The notes under the pieces are model-generated. The model saw only the letters and a program-made list of their open reading frames with translations, did not search any database and was not told where the DNA came from. From Syntrophorhabdaceae bacterium (GTDB lineage: Bacteria; Desulfobacterota; Syntrophorhabdia; Syntrophorhabdales; Syntrophorhabdaceae): a DNA stretch of 64,000 bases. The stretch is taken from assembly GCA_963665295.1 (NCBI GenBank), contig OY762209.1, positions 4,032,001 to 4,096,000 on the forward strand. Direction: 5' to 3'. Every line of letters starts with the position of its first letter. Within the stretch, counting starts at the first letter, position 1. The position numbers were made by a program, and so were the translations under genes. Shown here piece after piece: positions 21,287-30,146 of this stretch.

Positions 21287-22114
21287 TCAAAACTCCGGGT
21301 CCTCAAAACCTCCCGTCTCTTCATCCCCGGCAAGCTGGTCGGAGTCACCCCGGACCTCCAACCCCGCGCCATCCAACTTGCGCCCGAAGACCAGATATCC
21401 CGTGTGGCCGATCATTCTGTCTTCCGGCCTCACCCTCTCCGCTATGGTCTTGTACTTCCTCAACATTATTTCCAGCACTTCCACGTGCCCGAAACCCTGG
21501 TGAAACACCTTCATGATTTCGCTTATCTGATTGGCGGTAGGAACGATCATGCCTATGGTGGCGCTCTCCTTCATGAGACCCCTCACCTTCTCCAGGCATG
21601 TCCATGGTTCTCTCACGTCAATGAAGGCTGCGTCAAACCGACCGTCTCCATACTCCATAATGTCTTCATGCCGCATCTCCACGTTCTTCCATGGGAGGAA
21701 TTTCTCCATATTCTTCTTCGCGTTGCGGAAATGCCTGTCTTCTTTTTCGAAGGAGGTAACCGTTCCCTCCGGGCCTACGGTATGGGAAAAAATCAAGGTC
21801 AACGCTCCACTTCCCGTGCCGACTTCCAGCATCCGCGAACCGCTTCGAAGGTTGAGCTTGAAGGGGATGAAGAAGCCGTCCTTCGGAAATACTATTTGCG
21901 TCTCCCTCATGAGCCCGTACATAATGATATCTTCCAGGGTGGGTTCATAGATGTCATATCCACCGAACCTTATCCCGTAAGGCTTTCCTATAAGGTCCGC
22001 AAAATTCATCGTCCCGCCTTTCCCGTGAAAGGATCTGTCGGCCCCCACTCTCTTCAGGTACTTCCTGTCCTTCTGAATGATCAAAACCAGGTCGTTATCG
22101 TTTATGACTTTCAT
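21287..22114 (-). CDS. trmI: tRNA (adenine-N1, m1A58)-methyltransferase
   Basis: RETQIVFPKD, EVGTGSGAL, DVREPW, RPEDRMIGHTGYL. Confidence 0.88.
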   Translation of the reverse strand: MKVINDNDLVLIIQKDRKYLKRVGADRSFHGKGGTMNFADLIGKPYGIRFGGYDIYEPTLEDIIMYGLMRETQIVFPKDGFFIPFKLNLRSGSRMLEVGTGSGALTLIFSHTVGPEGTVTSFEKEDRHFRNAKKNMEKFLPWKNVEMRHEDIMEYGDGRFDAAFIDVREPWTCLEKVRGLMKESATIGMIVPTANQISEIMKVFHQGFGHVEVLEIMLRKYKTIAERVRPEDRMIGHTGYLVFGRKLDGAGLEVRGDSDQLAGDEETGGFEDPEF

Positions 22115-22231
22115 TAACCCTCTTCTCTCAATTTATTGTACTCCACAGACATCCCAAGGGAGATGGCCGGCAACAGGGTCATCAATCCTGTGATACCGCG
22201 ATCGGGGGCCCGTTGAACCCGATCGCCCCTT

Positions 22232-22260
22232 AACTTATTATAAAATACGGACATTGTCAA
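22232..22260 (-). promoter_or_regulatory. sigma70-type promoter for trmI
   Basis: minus strand TTGACA-17 bp-TAAGTT. Confidence 0.5.
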
Positions 22261-22437
22261 AGCGCCTTCTCCACGGTAGCCTTGTCCGGAGAACCCCGTG
22301 CGTATCCGGCTAACCCCAGCCCCAATTGAGCCCACCTCTGGATTTTTTTCTTGAAAGATTCAGCAATTTCAGGGAAAATGTGTAAACCGTCGGGCATATG
22401 GAACGTGCGTGCCCGGGTGCCATCTTACAGGTGAGAG

Positions 22438-23541
22438 GTGAATTTGAACGTTTCAAGAGAATCCGCGTCTGTAACAGACTACGACATAATACATTTTGAG
22501 GCCCTCGGGCCCGAAGCGCAGCACCTTGAGGAAGAAATACTCAAAGCCCGGCAAGAGGGCAGCCTTCCGGGAAACCACAAGTACCTCATCGTTCCGGACA
22601 ACGTTCAGGGGTTTCTCAAAAACAATTCCGGGATAAGTCTTCCGGACATAATAACCACAAAGACGCACTCGGTCCTTCCCGGGTCGTATCTCACGGGAAC
22701 CAGAAAAAGCGTGGTGACCCGAAGCGCGGGATATGACCACTTCGAGCATCTCACGGATAAGGTGAATGTGGCATCCCTTCGTGAATACTGCGTGAACGCC
22801 GTGGCACAAACCGCCATGAAGTTTCTTTACGCCACAGCCGGGGAATTGAACCATTATACGAAAAACGCCCTGACCTTCGAGAGGAAGGATTCAAACGCCT
22901 TTATTGAGTTGGACGCAAACAGGGTGTTGACTGTCTTCGGGGTGGGCAAAATAGGCAGAAGGATATATGAACTTGCCGCGGTAAACGGCCTCACTGTCCA
23001 GGGCGTCGATATCAGACAAGAGGAGTTGGCCGGAACGTATGACGGGAAAGTCGATTTCATCTCGAAGGACGAAGCAATCCGTTCGAGCGACATAATAGTG
23101 AACGCCATGAACCTCACAAAGAGCAAGGAAAGCAGGTTTTACAACGTGGGCTACTTTTCTGCCGAATTCCTTTCAAAGGCAAAGAAGGGATTGATATTCA
23201 TCAATGTTACCAGGGGAGAAATCGCGCCCGAGTCGGTACTCCTGGACTTATACATATCGGGGGTTATAGAAGGCTTGGGTCTCGATGTTTTTTCACGGGA
23301 ATCAGAATTCGCGGAGCTTCTTAATTCGGGGATCACCGGGGAAAAGGGAAGCGATCCGGAAGCGGCAAGAATACTCGTAAACCATTCGATCGACCGTACC
23401 GCAAACATCTATGTCCAGCCCCACCAGGGATTCAACTCCGACGTTGCGGCAAAAACAAAGGCCGTCGAGGCAATAAAACATGTTGTTTCGTGGTATCGGA
23501 ACAACGGACGATGTTTTGACGAACAACTGCCGTATTATTGA
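22438..23541 (+). CDS. D-isomer-specific 2-hydroxyacid dehydrogenase family protein (divergent)
   Basis: TRSAGYDH, VFGVGKIG (NAD), INVTRGEI, LDVFSRE, PHQGF. Confidence 0.8.
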   Translation: MNLNVSRESASVTDYDIIHFEALGPEAQHLEEEILKARQEGSLPGNHKYLIVPDNVQGFLKNNSGISLPDIITTKTHSVLPGSYLTGTRKSVVTRSAGYDHFEHLTDKVNVASLREYCVNAVAQTAMKFLYATAGELNHYTKNALTFERKDSNAFIELDANRVLTVFGVGKIGRRIYELAAVNGLTVQGVDIRQEELAGTYDGKVDFISKDEAIRSSDIIVNAMNLTKSKESRFYNVGYFSAEFLSKAKKGLIFINVTRGEIAPESVLLDLYISGVIEGLGLDVFSRESEFAELLNSGITGEKGSDPEAARILVNHSIDRTANIYVQPHQGFNSDVAAKTKAVEAIKHVVSWYRNNGRCFDEQLPYY

Positions 23542-23586
23542 GACAACCCTCCATTCCTGGGGGGCGACCGCACACCCCCAGGCGGG

Positions 23587-24531
23587 CTAATCCGCGTAGA
23601 TGTCCTTCGAAAGGTTGTCAAGAAAAAACATATCCTCATTGTCCAGGCTTTGGGGGATGTCCATCACATTGTCGAGTACCTGCTCCGGTGATCGGGCGCC
23701 GACGATTACCGATACCACATCCTCCTGCCTGAGAAGCCAGGACAGGGCTATCGCCCCCGGTTTCGTGCCCTTTGCCGCAGCAATATGTTCGACTCCGTCA
23801 ATGAGCAGGCGGACCCGGGGCCAGTACCGGGGCTTAAAAAAACGATAAAAGAAGGACCGGGCGTCTCCGCGCCCGAAGCTTGGCTGCTCGCAATATTTGC
23901 CCGTGAGCATTCCCGCGCCGAGAGACCCGTAAGAGAGGACGTTGATACCTCCTTCGCGGCAGATCCCCAGTACGTCCCTTTCGATACCCCGTTCAAGGAG
24001 CGAGTAGTGGGCCTGCATCGAAAAGACAGGGCCGCATCGCAGCGCCCCCCGCAACTCCTCGCCGTTGAAATTGGAAACCCCGATATACCTGATCTTCCCC
24101 TCTTCCCGGAACCTCAAGAGGGCTGCCATGGTCTCTTCGATCGGAGTCCTCCCGTCCGGCCAGTGGCACTGATACAGATCGATATGGTCGGTCCTTAAGC
24201 GTCTCAGCGATTCATTGAGGTCCAATTCAATATACGAAGGAGACAGGTCGCGTTCGTATTTGCGGGTGCGTATGTCCAACCCGCATTTTGTGGCCAGAAA
24301 TACCTTGTCGCGCCTGCCATGAATGGCCTTTCCCACCAACTCCTCGGCACGGCCGTCGCCGTACACGGGGGCGGTGTCGATCGCGTTTATTCCGTTGTCC
24401 ACGGCGGTTTCTATCGCCTTGAGGGCCTTCGACTCGTCGCAGCCGCTCCAGTGGTTTCCCCCCATGGCCCAGGTCCCCAGGGTGATGACCGATATTGTTT
24501 CGTCGGTGTTCTTCAAGCGTACGTAATCCAT
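23587..24531 (-). CDS. aldo/keto reductase
   Basis: LGTWAMGG, IDTAPVYG, LATKCG, IDLYQCHWPD, IGVSNF. Confidence 0.93.
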   Translation of the reverse strand: MDYVRLKNTDETISVITLGTWAMGGNHWSGCDESKALKAIETAVDNGINAIDTAPVYGDGRAEELVGKAIHGRRDKVFLATKCGLDIRTRKYERDLSPSYIELDLNESLRRLRTDHIDLYQCHWPDGRTPIEETMAALLRFREEGKIRYIGVSNFNGEELRGALRCGPVFSMQAHYSLLERGIERDVLGICREGGINVLSYGSLGAGMLTGKYCEQPSFGRGDARSFFYRFFKPRYWPRVRLLIDGVEHIAAAKGTKPGAIALSWLLRQEDVVSVIVGARSPEQVLDNVMDIPQSLDNEDMFFLDNLSKDIYAD

Positions 24532-24681
24532 ATATCCCTTCCCTGTTCTATGTTATATCGAACCATTAAGTGATTACACAGCGTGCCCGATCTGTCAAGA
24601 CGTTTCGGACCCACCACCTCCGGTCGGACGTCTTCCGGCGAAAAGGTTCCTCACAAGAACGAACGCCGTCCCCCGAAACTC

Positions 24682-25560
24682 CTAAATCTCAAGCCACGAG
24701 TCCGAGTAAACGCTCTGCCCCAGGAGCACTCTCGCTGTCTTCACATAATCAAGTTCCTCCCTTGACAACAGGGAAGTGTTGATCGCCTCCCCGTCCATCA
24801 CTTTGCCCACAAGGGCTTCTATTCCAGCCCTTTCCCCTTTCACTATGGCGTGAAGTTCCTTGTCGAAGGCGTCGGCGATCACCGAATAGATCCCGTAGCG
24901 CTTCAGCATTATCAGGTAGGTCCTGTTGATGATCCCACGCAGTCGGCCCGGCACTCCATTCGACACATTCGAAAGGCCGCATGTCGATTTGCCCCGGGGG
25001 GCAAGCTCGGAGAGCATCATAACGAACTCGGTGCAGCCTTGGATCTGGCTCTGTTGCGTGTTTAAGGGAAGGGCAATCGGGTCAATCCAGATATTGTCCT
25101 CGTCCACCCCATAGCCTGCTGCCTCCGCAATGAGCTGCGCTGCAAGGAACCCCCTCTCGTTTGCGTCCCGGGGGATGCCGTCCTCTCCCAGGGTGAGACC
25201 TATAAAACCGGTATTGTACTTCCTTGCCATGGGCAACAGTGCCGCCATCCTCTCGGGCCGGGCGGAAATGGAATTGATGAGGGCCCTTCCCTCACACGCC
25301 CTTAATCCCGCTTCCAGGGCTTCTATATTGACCGTGTCGAGGCAGAGGGGCAAATCAGACACCTCCCGCACAGTCTTCACGACCCATTCCATCAGTTCCG
25401 CTCCGTCCTTTCGCGCAGGACCCAGGTTGACATCGATGAGATCCACGCCCGCTTCGGTCTCGGCCATGGCCACCGCTCTCACGGGTTCAGGGTCTCTTAG
25501 CCTGAACGCCTCTCCTATCTTCCTCGACGTAATATTCAGATTCTCACCGATGACAACCAT
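24682..25560 (-). CDS. pterin-binding (DHPS-fold) methyltetrahydrofolate:corrinoid methyltransferase, AcsE-like
   Basis: VIGENLN, DVNLGP, LCLDT, LINSIS, WIDP, GLSNVSNG; start after GGAAGGTG. Confidence 0.8.
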   Translation of the reverse strand: MVVIGENLNITSRKIGEAFRLRDPEPVRAVAMAETEAGVDLIDVNLGPARKDGAELMEWVVKTVREVSDLPLCLDTVNIEALEAGLRACEGRALINSISARPERMAALLPMARKYNTGFIGLTLGEDGIPRDANERGFLAAQLIAEAAGYGVDEDNIWIDPIALPLNTQQSQIQGCTEFVMMLSELAPRGKSTCGLSNVSNGVPGRLRGIINRTYLIMLKRYGIYSVIADAFDKELHAIVKGERAGIEALVGKVMDGEAINTSLLSREELDYVKTARVLLGQSVYSDSWLEI

Positions 25561-25676
25561 TCTCACCTTCCCCGGAGAGTCGGCGGGGGCAAAAATAGAC
25601 AAAACTCCCCGCCGGGACAGAGATTCCTCATCCCGCCCCAAAGAACTCCCTTTTAAATTTAATTATTTACACGTTT

Positions 25677-26048
25677 TTAAACGGTGATGCCCCTCAGTCT
25701 CAATTCTTCCGTCTTCTTCTTGGAGCAATCTTCACAACGGAATTCGGGATTCGCATCGGTCGAGTGGTCGTACTCTCTTGCCCGGATAATGCGATAGCCC
25801 CTTGCCTCTTTGCCGCAATCAACACACACCACCACGTCCTTGACCTCCCACTCGACGGAAAGACGCTCCGAGGTGAAAATAACCTTGTCCACCCAGAAGA
25901 AGATGAGACCACCTATAAGGTTCGCGATAACCGTTGCCGTTATCTTATCCATGCGGGAAAGAGCGAAAAGGACGCCCGCAAGAATAGGAGTGGAGAGCTG
26001 CCACCTGAGAAGATACAAGCCATAACGTTTCCAGTTTATTCCCCTCAT
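25677..26048 (-). CDS. hypothetical membrane protein with C-terminal CxxC...CxxC
   Basis: two hydrophobic segments then CVDC and CEDC; AAGGAGG RBS. Confidence 0.75.
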   Translation of the reverse strand: MRGINWKRYGLYLLRWQLSTPILAGVLFALSRMDKITATVIANLIGGLIFFWVDKVIFTSERLSVEWEVKDVVVCVDCGKEARGYRIIRAREYDHSTDANPEFRCEDCSKKKTEELRLRGITV

Positions 26049-26070
26049 GACAATAACCTCCCTTCAATAA

Positions 26071-26805
26071 TCATACCCCTGTCGCCTCGACAATCTCAAA
26101 GACTTCAATCGTTTCCTTGATATGATCAACCTCCACGGCCGGATGATGCACCATGGGGTACGATCGGGCTGCCCTTTTGATCACGGATTCAGTAACCCCT
26201 ATACCTGAGGGACAATGTTGAGAAACCCAGCCCGCCACGAGAAAGGTCTTGTTTACCGTCTCGCCTACAATGTCGCGCATCGCATAGTCGGGGTGGCCGA
26301 TCAGTCCCAGGTATATGTCGCCTGAATTGAGCGCTATTACCAGGTCCTTTTGGTAAATTGCCTTCTTCGCCGCGATTGCCGCCTCGAGGGCCCGGTCCGC
26401 ATGGGTGGCCCCCGAAAAGAAGCAGAGGAAGCCGTCACCCACATATTTCACGGGAATACCGTCGAACTTCAGCACCGACTCCGTAAGGTGATAGAACAAC
26501 ACGTTCGCGTAATCAGCAACCTCTTTCGAGTCCATCGAGATCGAGCGCTCCGCGAAATGGGTGATGCCGGAGCAGAATACCGTGGCCTCGAACACACCGC
26601 TCGCCACATCGGTTATCCCCAGAAGGTAATCGGTGCTCACATCGAAAAGCTGCGCAATTTTTACGAGCATCCCTATGTCAGGGTAGTTTGCCCCCCGCTC
26701 CCACTTGGATACAGCTTGCGGGCTCACCTGCAGGGCGTTCGCCAGGTTGACCTGTTTGAACCCGTGCTTTTCTCTCAAGATGCGTATTTTCCGTCCCACG
26801 TCCAT
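26071..26805 (-). CDS. XRE-family HTH regulator fused to class III adenylate/guanylate-cyclase-like domain
   Basis: N-terminal QVNLANALQVSPQAVSKWERG...VSTDYLLG; C-terminal VKYVGDGFLCFF, LNSGDIYLGLIG, IVGETVN. Confidence 0.85.
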   Translation of the reverse strand: MDVGRKIRILREKHGFKQVNLANALQVSPQAVSKWERGANYPDIGMLVKIAQLFDVSTDYLLGITDVASGVFEATVFCSGITHFAERSISMDSKEVADYANVLFYHLTESVLKFDGIPVKYVGDGFLCFFSGATHADRALEAAIAAKKAIYQKDLVIALNSGDIYLGLIGHPDYAMRDIVGETVNKTFLVAGWVSQHCPSGIGVTESVIKRAARSYPMVHHPAVEVDHIKETIEVFEIVEATGV

Positions 26806-26846
26806 AACGATAATTAAATGTATAATAAAAATACGCCCTTTTCAAC

Positions 26847-26880
26847 GAACCTCAGGTTCAAATAAATCTACCACAGGTTG
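26847..26880. promoter_or_regulatory. two palindromic operator-like sites upstream of the HTH-cyclase gene
   Basis: GAACCTCAGGTTC (26847-26859) and CTACCACAGGTTG (26868-26880), 21 bp apart, next to -35 TTGAAA. Confidence 0.55.
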
Positions 26881-27047
26881 AATGAGGACAAATCACCCAT
26901 ATTCCACCGGAATAGAGTCCACTTCCGCTTCGCGGTGTGCATAAGGTCCGCCTTTCAGACCGGACGGTCCTACCCGTGACGCCCGATCCGGTATCACCGG
27001 CCGTGGTCCACTTGAACTTGGTCGTCTCCTGGTGTATTAATCTAGTT

Positions 27048-27707
27048 ATGAAAGAGCAGGAGTCCATCTACAGACAGCTTTCCGGCCTTTCGAAGATCCG
27101 GAAAGACAACCCGCCTCCTCCTCCCGACCCGCCCCCCAAAAAGGTGGAGCCCGATGAGATGACCATCTTTTATGACGCCATGAAGGACGTGAGAGAAATC
27201 GCTCGAAGAAAGGACCGGGTGGCCCCCAAGACCGACAAAAACCACGCTTTCCCTCAGGACGGTTTGGATACGGCGAGGTTGCTCAAAGACGCTATTGACG
27301 ATCACCGCTCCTTCCCGGTGGCCAACCTGCCTGAATATATGGAAGGCCATGTGGAGGGTATAAACCCCCTTACTATGGAAAAACTCAGAAACGGCGAGTT
27401 TTCGGTGCAAAAAACCCTCGACCTCCATGGATACACAGTACCCGATGGGTACCTTCTTTTTCAGGATTTCCTGAAGGAAGCCATACTCTCGGGTCTCAAC
27501 TGCGTGAAAGTGATCCATGGCAGGGGATTGAAATCGAAGGATGGACCGGTTCTTAAGGAAAAACTGAAGGAATGGATTATAAAGGCCATGCACAGAAAAT
27601 GGATTGTCGCCTTTTCGAGCTCCCGGATGTGCGAAGGGGGGCCGGGGGCGACAAGCATACTCCTCCGACGAAAACCAGAGAAGAAAAAGATGCGTATTAC
27701 GGGATGA
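27048..27707 (+). CDS. Smr/MutS2 domain protein
   Basis: LDLHG, VKVIHGRG, EGGPGAT. Confidence 0.88.
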   Translation: MKEQESIYRQLSGLSKIRKDNPPPPPDPPPKKVEPDEMTIFYDAMKDVREIARRKDRVAPKTDKNHAFPQDGLDTARLLKDAIDDHRSFPVANLPEYMEGHVEGINPLTMEKLRNGEFSVQKTLDLHGYTVPDGYLLFQDFLKEAILSGLNCVKVIHGRGLKSKDGPVLKEKLKEWIIKAMHRKWIVAFSSSRMCEGGPGATSILLRRKPEKKKMRITG

Positions 27708-27832
27708 TGCGGCAAGGCCGTTGAGGCAGTCATGGGGCACATGGAGCCTGAATCCGGGTTGTCGCATCGGGGTCCGTAAAAAGAGCTTTAAAATACAACC
27801 TCTTTCTGTTATAAGAAACAAGGAGGAAGAAC

Positions 27833-28633
27833 ATGGACAGAATAGGCATAATCGGACTCGGAAACATGGGCGAGGCAATCCTCAAGGCCCTTCTCCAGTC
27901 CGGGTTCACAAAGGACGACATCCTCTGTATGGAAACAAAGGCCGGGAGGGCCGAATTCATCAGGGAAACATATGGCATCGAATGCACCGCAACACCTGCC
28001 GATCTGACGGCCGGGACGAGCCGCATCATTCTCGCCGTCAAACCTCAAAACTCGACGGAACTTCTGCAGGGCCTCGCGCCCCACCTTCATGAAAAGACGG
28101 TCCTTCTATCCATCATGGCAGGAATCACCACTTCCAATATCCTTTCCCTCGTCGGTAAGCCATCCAAGGTAATAAGGATCATGCCCAACGTCTGCGTAAA
28201 AGTAGGGGAAGGCGCCATAGGCATCACGTCCAATAGCTTCGTCACCGAAGACGAGATGGCGGAGACGAAAAAGGTCTTTGCACCTCTCGGCAAGATGGTG
28301 GAAGTAGGGGAAGATCTTATGGACGCAGTAACTGCTCTGGGGGCAAGCGGGCCTGCTTTTCTCCTCCTTATCCTGGAAGCAATGATCGACGCGGGGGTAA
28401 AAATGGGTATTACCCGGGACAACGCGAGAATCCTGTCGATCCAGGTAGTGAAGGGCACTATCAAAATGCTCGAGGAGGAAAATATGCATCCCACGTTGAT
28501 GAAGGAGATGATTACCTCTCCAGGGGGAACCACCATTGCCGGACTCGCGTCACTGGAAGAAGACGGCGTCAAGGGGATTATGATCAAGGCCATAGAAAAA
28601 GCAAGCAAGAGAGCTAAAGAGCTTTCCCTATGA
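27833..28633 (+). CDS. proC: pyrroline-5-carboxylate reductase
   Basis: GLGNMG, LAVKPQ, RIMPN, TSPGGTT. Confidence 0.96.
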   Translation: MDRIGIIGLGNMGEAILKALLQSGFTKDDILCMETKAGRAEFIRETYGIECTATPADLTAGTSRIILAVKPQNSTELLQGLAPHLHEKTVLLSIMAGITTSNILSLVGKPSKVIRIMPNVCVKVGEGAIGITSNSFVTEDEMAETKKVFAPLGKMVEVGEDLMDAVTALGASGPAFLLLILEAMIDAGVKMGITRDNARILSIQVVKGTIKMLEEENMHPTLMKEMITSPGGTTIAGLASLEEDGVKGIMIKAIEKASKRAKELSL

Positions 28634-29283
28634 TGCGCAACGGATATTGGGGTCAAAGACAGACAATGGTCGATACCCAGATCATTGCTCGGGGTGTCAC
28701 GGACAGGAGGGTCATCGACGCCTTTCTGGAAGTGCCGCGCCATCTCTTTCTCGACGAAGTCTTCGCCGCTCAGGCATATGATGACAATCCCCTGCCCATA
28801 GGCGAGAAGCAGACCATTTCCCAGCCTTATATCGTGGCCCTCATGACCGAGTTGCTCGAACTGAAGGGCACAGAGCGCATCCTCGAAATAGGCACCGGCT
28901 CGGGATATCAGACTGCGATCCTCGCACAACTCGCCGAACAGGTCTTCTCCATAGAGAGAATACCGGGTCTGGCAAAAAGGGCGCGGAAGATGTTTGATAA
29001 ACTCGGATACACGAACATCGTGGTTACCATCGGCGACGGTACGCTGGGATGGAAAGAACACGCTCCGTACGATGGAATTATCGTTACCGCGGCAGCGCCG
29101 CGCCCTCCGAGGGCGCTCCTCGACCAACTGGCCCGCGGGGGCAGGATGGTCATCCCCGTGGGCGACGAAATATCGCAAAATCTGATGGTCTACCAAAGGG
29201 AAGACGACGGTCAATTCACGTCGGAAAACAAGGGAGGGTGCAGGTTCGTGAAGCTTATCGGAGAGCAGGGTTGGAAGGATTAA
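28630..29283 (+). CDS. pcm: protein-L-isoaspartate O-methyltransferase
   Basis: [37 protein letters not shown]. Confidence 0.96.
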   Translation: MMRNGYWGQRQTMVDTQIIARGVTDRRVIDAFLEVPRHLFLDEVFAAQAYDDNPLPIGEKQTISQPYIVALMTELLELKGTERILEIGTGSGYQTAILAQLAEQVFSIERIPGLAKRARKMFDKLGYTNIVVTIGDGTLGWKEHAPYDGIIVTAAAPRPPRALLDQLARGGRMVIPVGDEISQNLMVYQREDDGQFTSENKGGCRFVKLIGEQGWKD

Positions 29284-30146
29284 AGGGAGATAAGAGCATC
29301 GAGGAAGCATCCGAGGCCGGAGAACTTCGGGCCGAAAGACTCTATTTAAGGGATCTGCGCAGACTCTCGATTATCACCAGCGAACAGGAAAGGGCATATG
29401 CCGAAAGGATCTCCGAGGGTGATAAAGAAGCGAGAAAAAAGCTTATCGAGGCCAACCTGAGGCTTGTGGTCAAGATAGCCCGAAAATATATGAATCAGGG
29501 CCTGTCCACCCTTGACCTTATTGAAGAAGGGAATATCGGCCTTATAAGGGCTGTGGAAAAATTTGACCTTTCCAGAAACTGCAGGTTCTCGACTTATGCC
29601 ACCTGGTGGATAAGGCAGGCAGTGGAAAGGGCCATTGCAAACCAGTCGAGGACCGTGAGGCTTCCTATTCACATATCCTCAAAAGTTTACAAGGTTTCGA
29701 AAGCGGTCAATGCCTTGCTTGAAAAACATGGCCGGGAACCCACAGAGGAAGAAATAGCTCACGAAACGGGTCTCTCCGTCGATCTCATCAGCAACCTTTA
29801 CACTATGGTGGTGAGGACCTGTTCCCTGGAAACCATCATTGACGAAGAGGGCAAACTGACCCTCGAGGAGGTTCTGCCCGATACCAACTCGGAAGAACCC
29901 CTGTCGGCCTATGAACAGACGACGAGGGTCGAGGAGATTGCATCGTGGCTCGATACCCTGGGCAGTGATGAGAAGAAAGTCGTAATTCTAAGATACGGAC
30001 TCGATGGTCAGGACCCCCAGACACTCGAATCGGTAGGGAAGGTATTCGGCGTCACCAGGGAAAGAATCAGGCAGATCGAGCAGAAGGCCATAAACAAACT
30101 GAGGAAGATAGTAAAGAGAAAGCATATTGGAACAGAAACCCTCTGA
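29271..30146 (+). CDS. rpoS: RpoS-like group 2 sigma70 factor
   Basis: [48 protein letters not shown]; no region 1.1; after pcm; TTG start inferred. Confidence 0.8.
   Translation: MEGLKGDKSIEEASEAGELRAERLYLRDLRRLSIITSEQERAYAERISEGDKEARKKLIEANLRLVVKIARKYMNQGLSTLDLIEEGNIGLIRAVEKFDLSRNCRFSTYATWWIRQAVERAIANQSRTVRLPIHISSKVYKVSKAVNALLEKHGREPTEEEIAHETGLSVDLISNLYTMVVRTCSLETIIDEEGKLTLEEVLPDTNSEEPLSAYEQTTRVEEIASWLDTLGSDEKKVVILRYGLDGQDPQTLESVGKVFGVTRERIRQIEQKAINKLRKIVKRKHIGTETL

Noticed and set aside
22207..22229. GGGGCGATCGGGTTCAACGGG resembling a tmRNA 5' end
   Set aside because: No tag reading frame or tRNA-like 3' end; only about 110 nt before trmI; explained as a hairpin
29049..29270. N-terminal extension of the sigma factor ORF
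   Set aside because: Overlaps pcm out of frame; sigma-like sequence begins after about 29271
28087..29310. 407-aa minus-strand ORF
   Set aside because: Antisense to proC and pcm with no recognisable motifs
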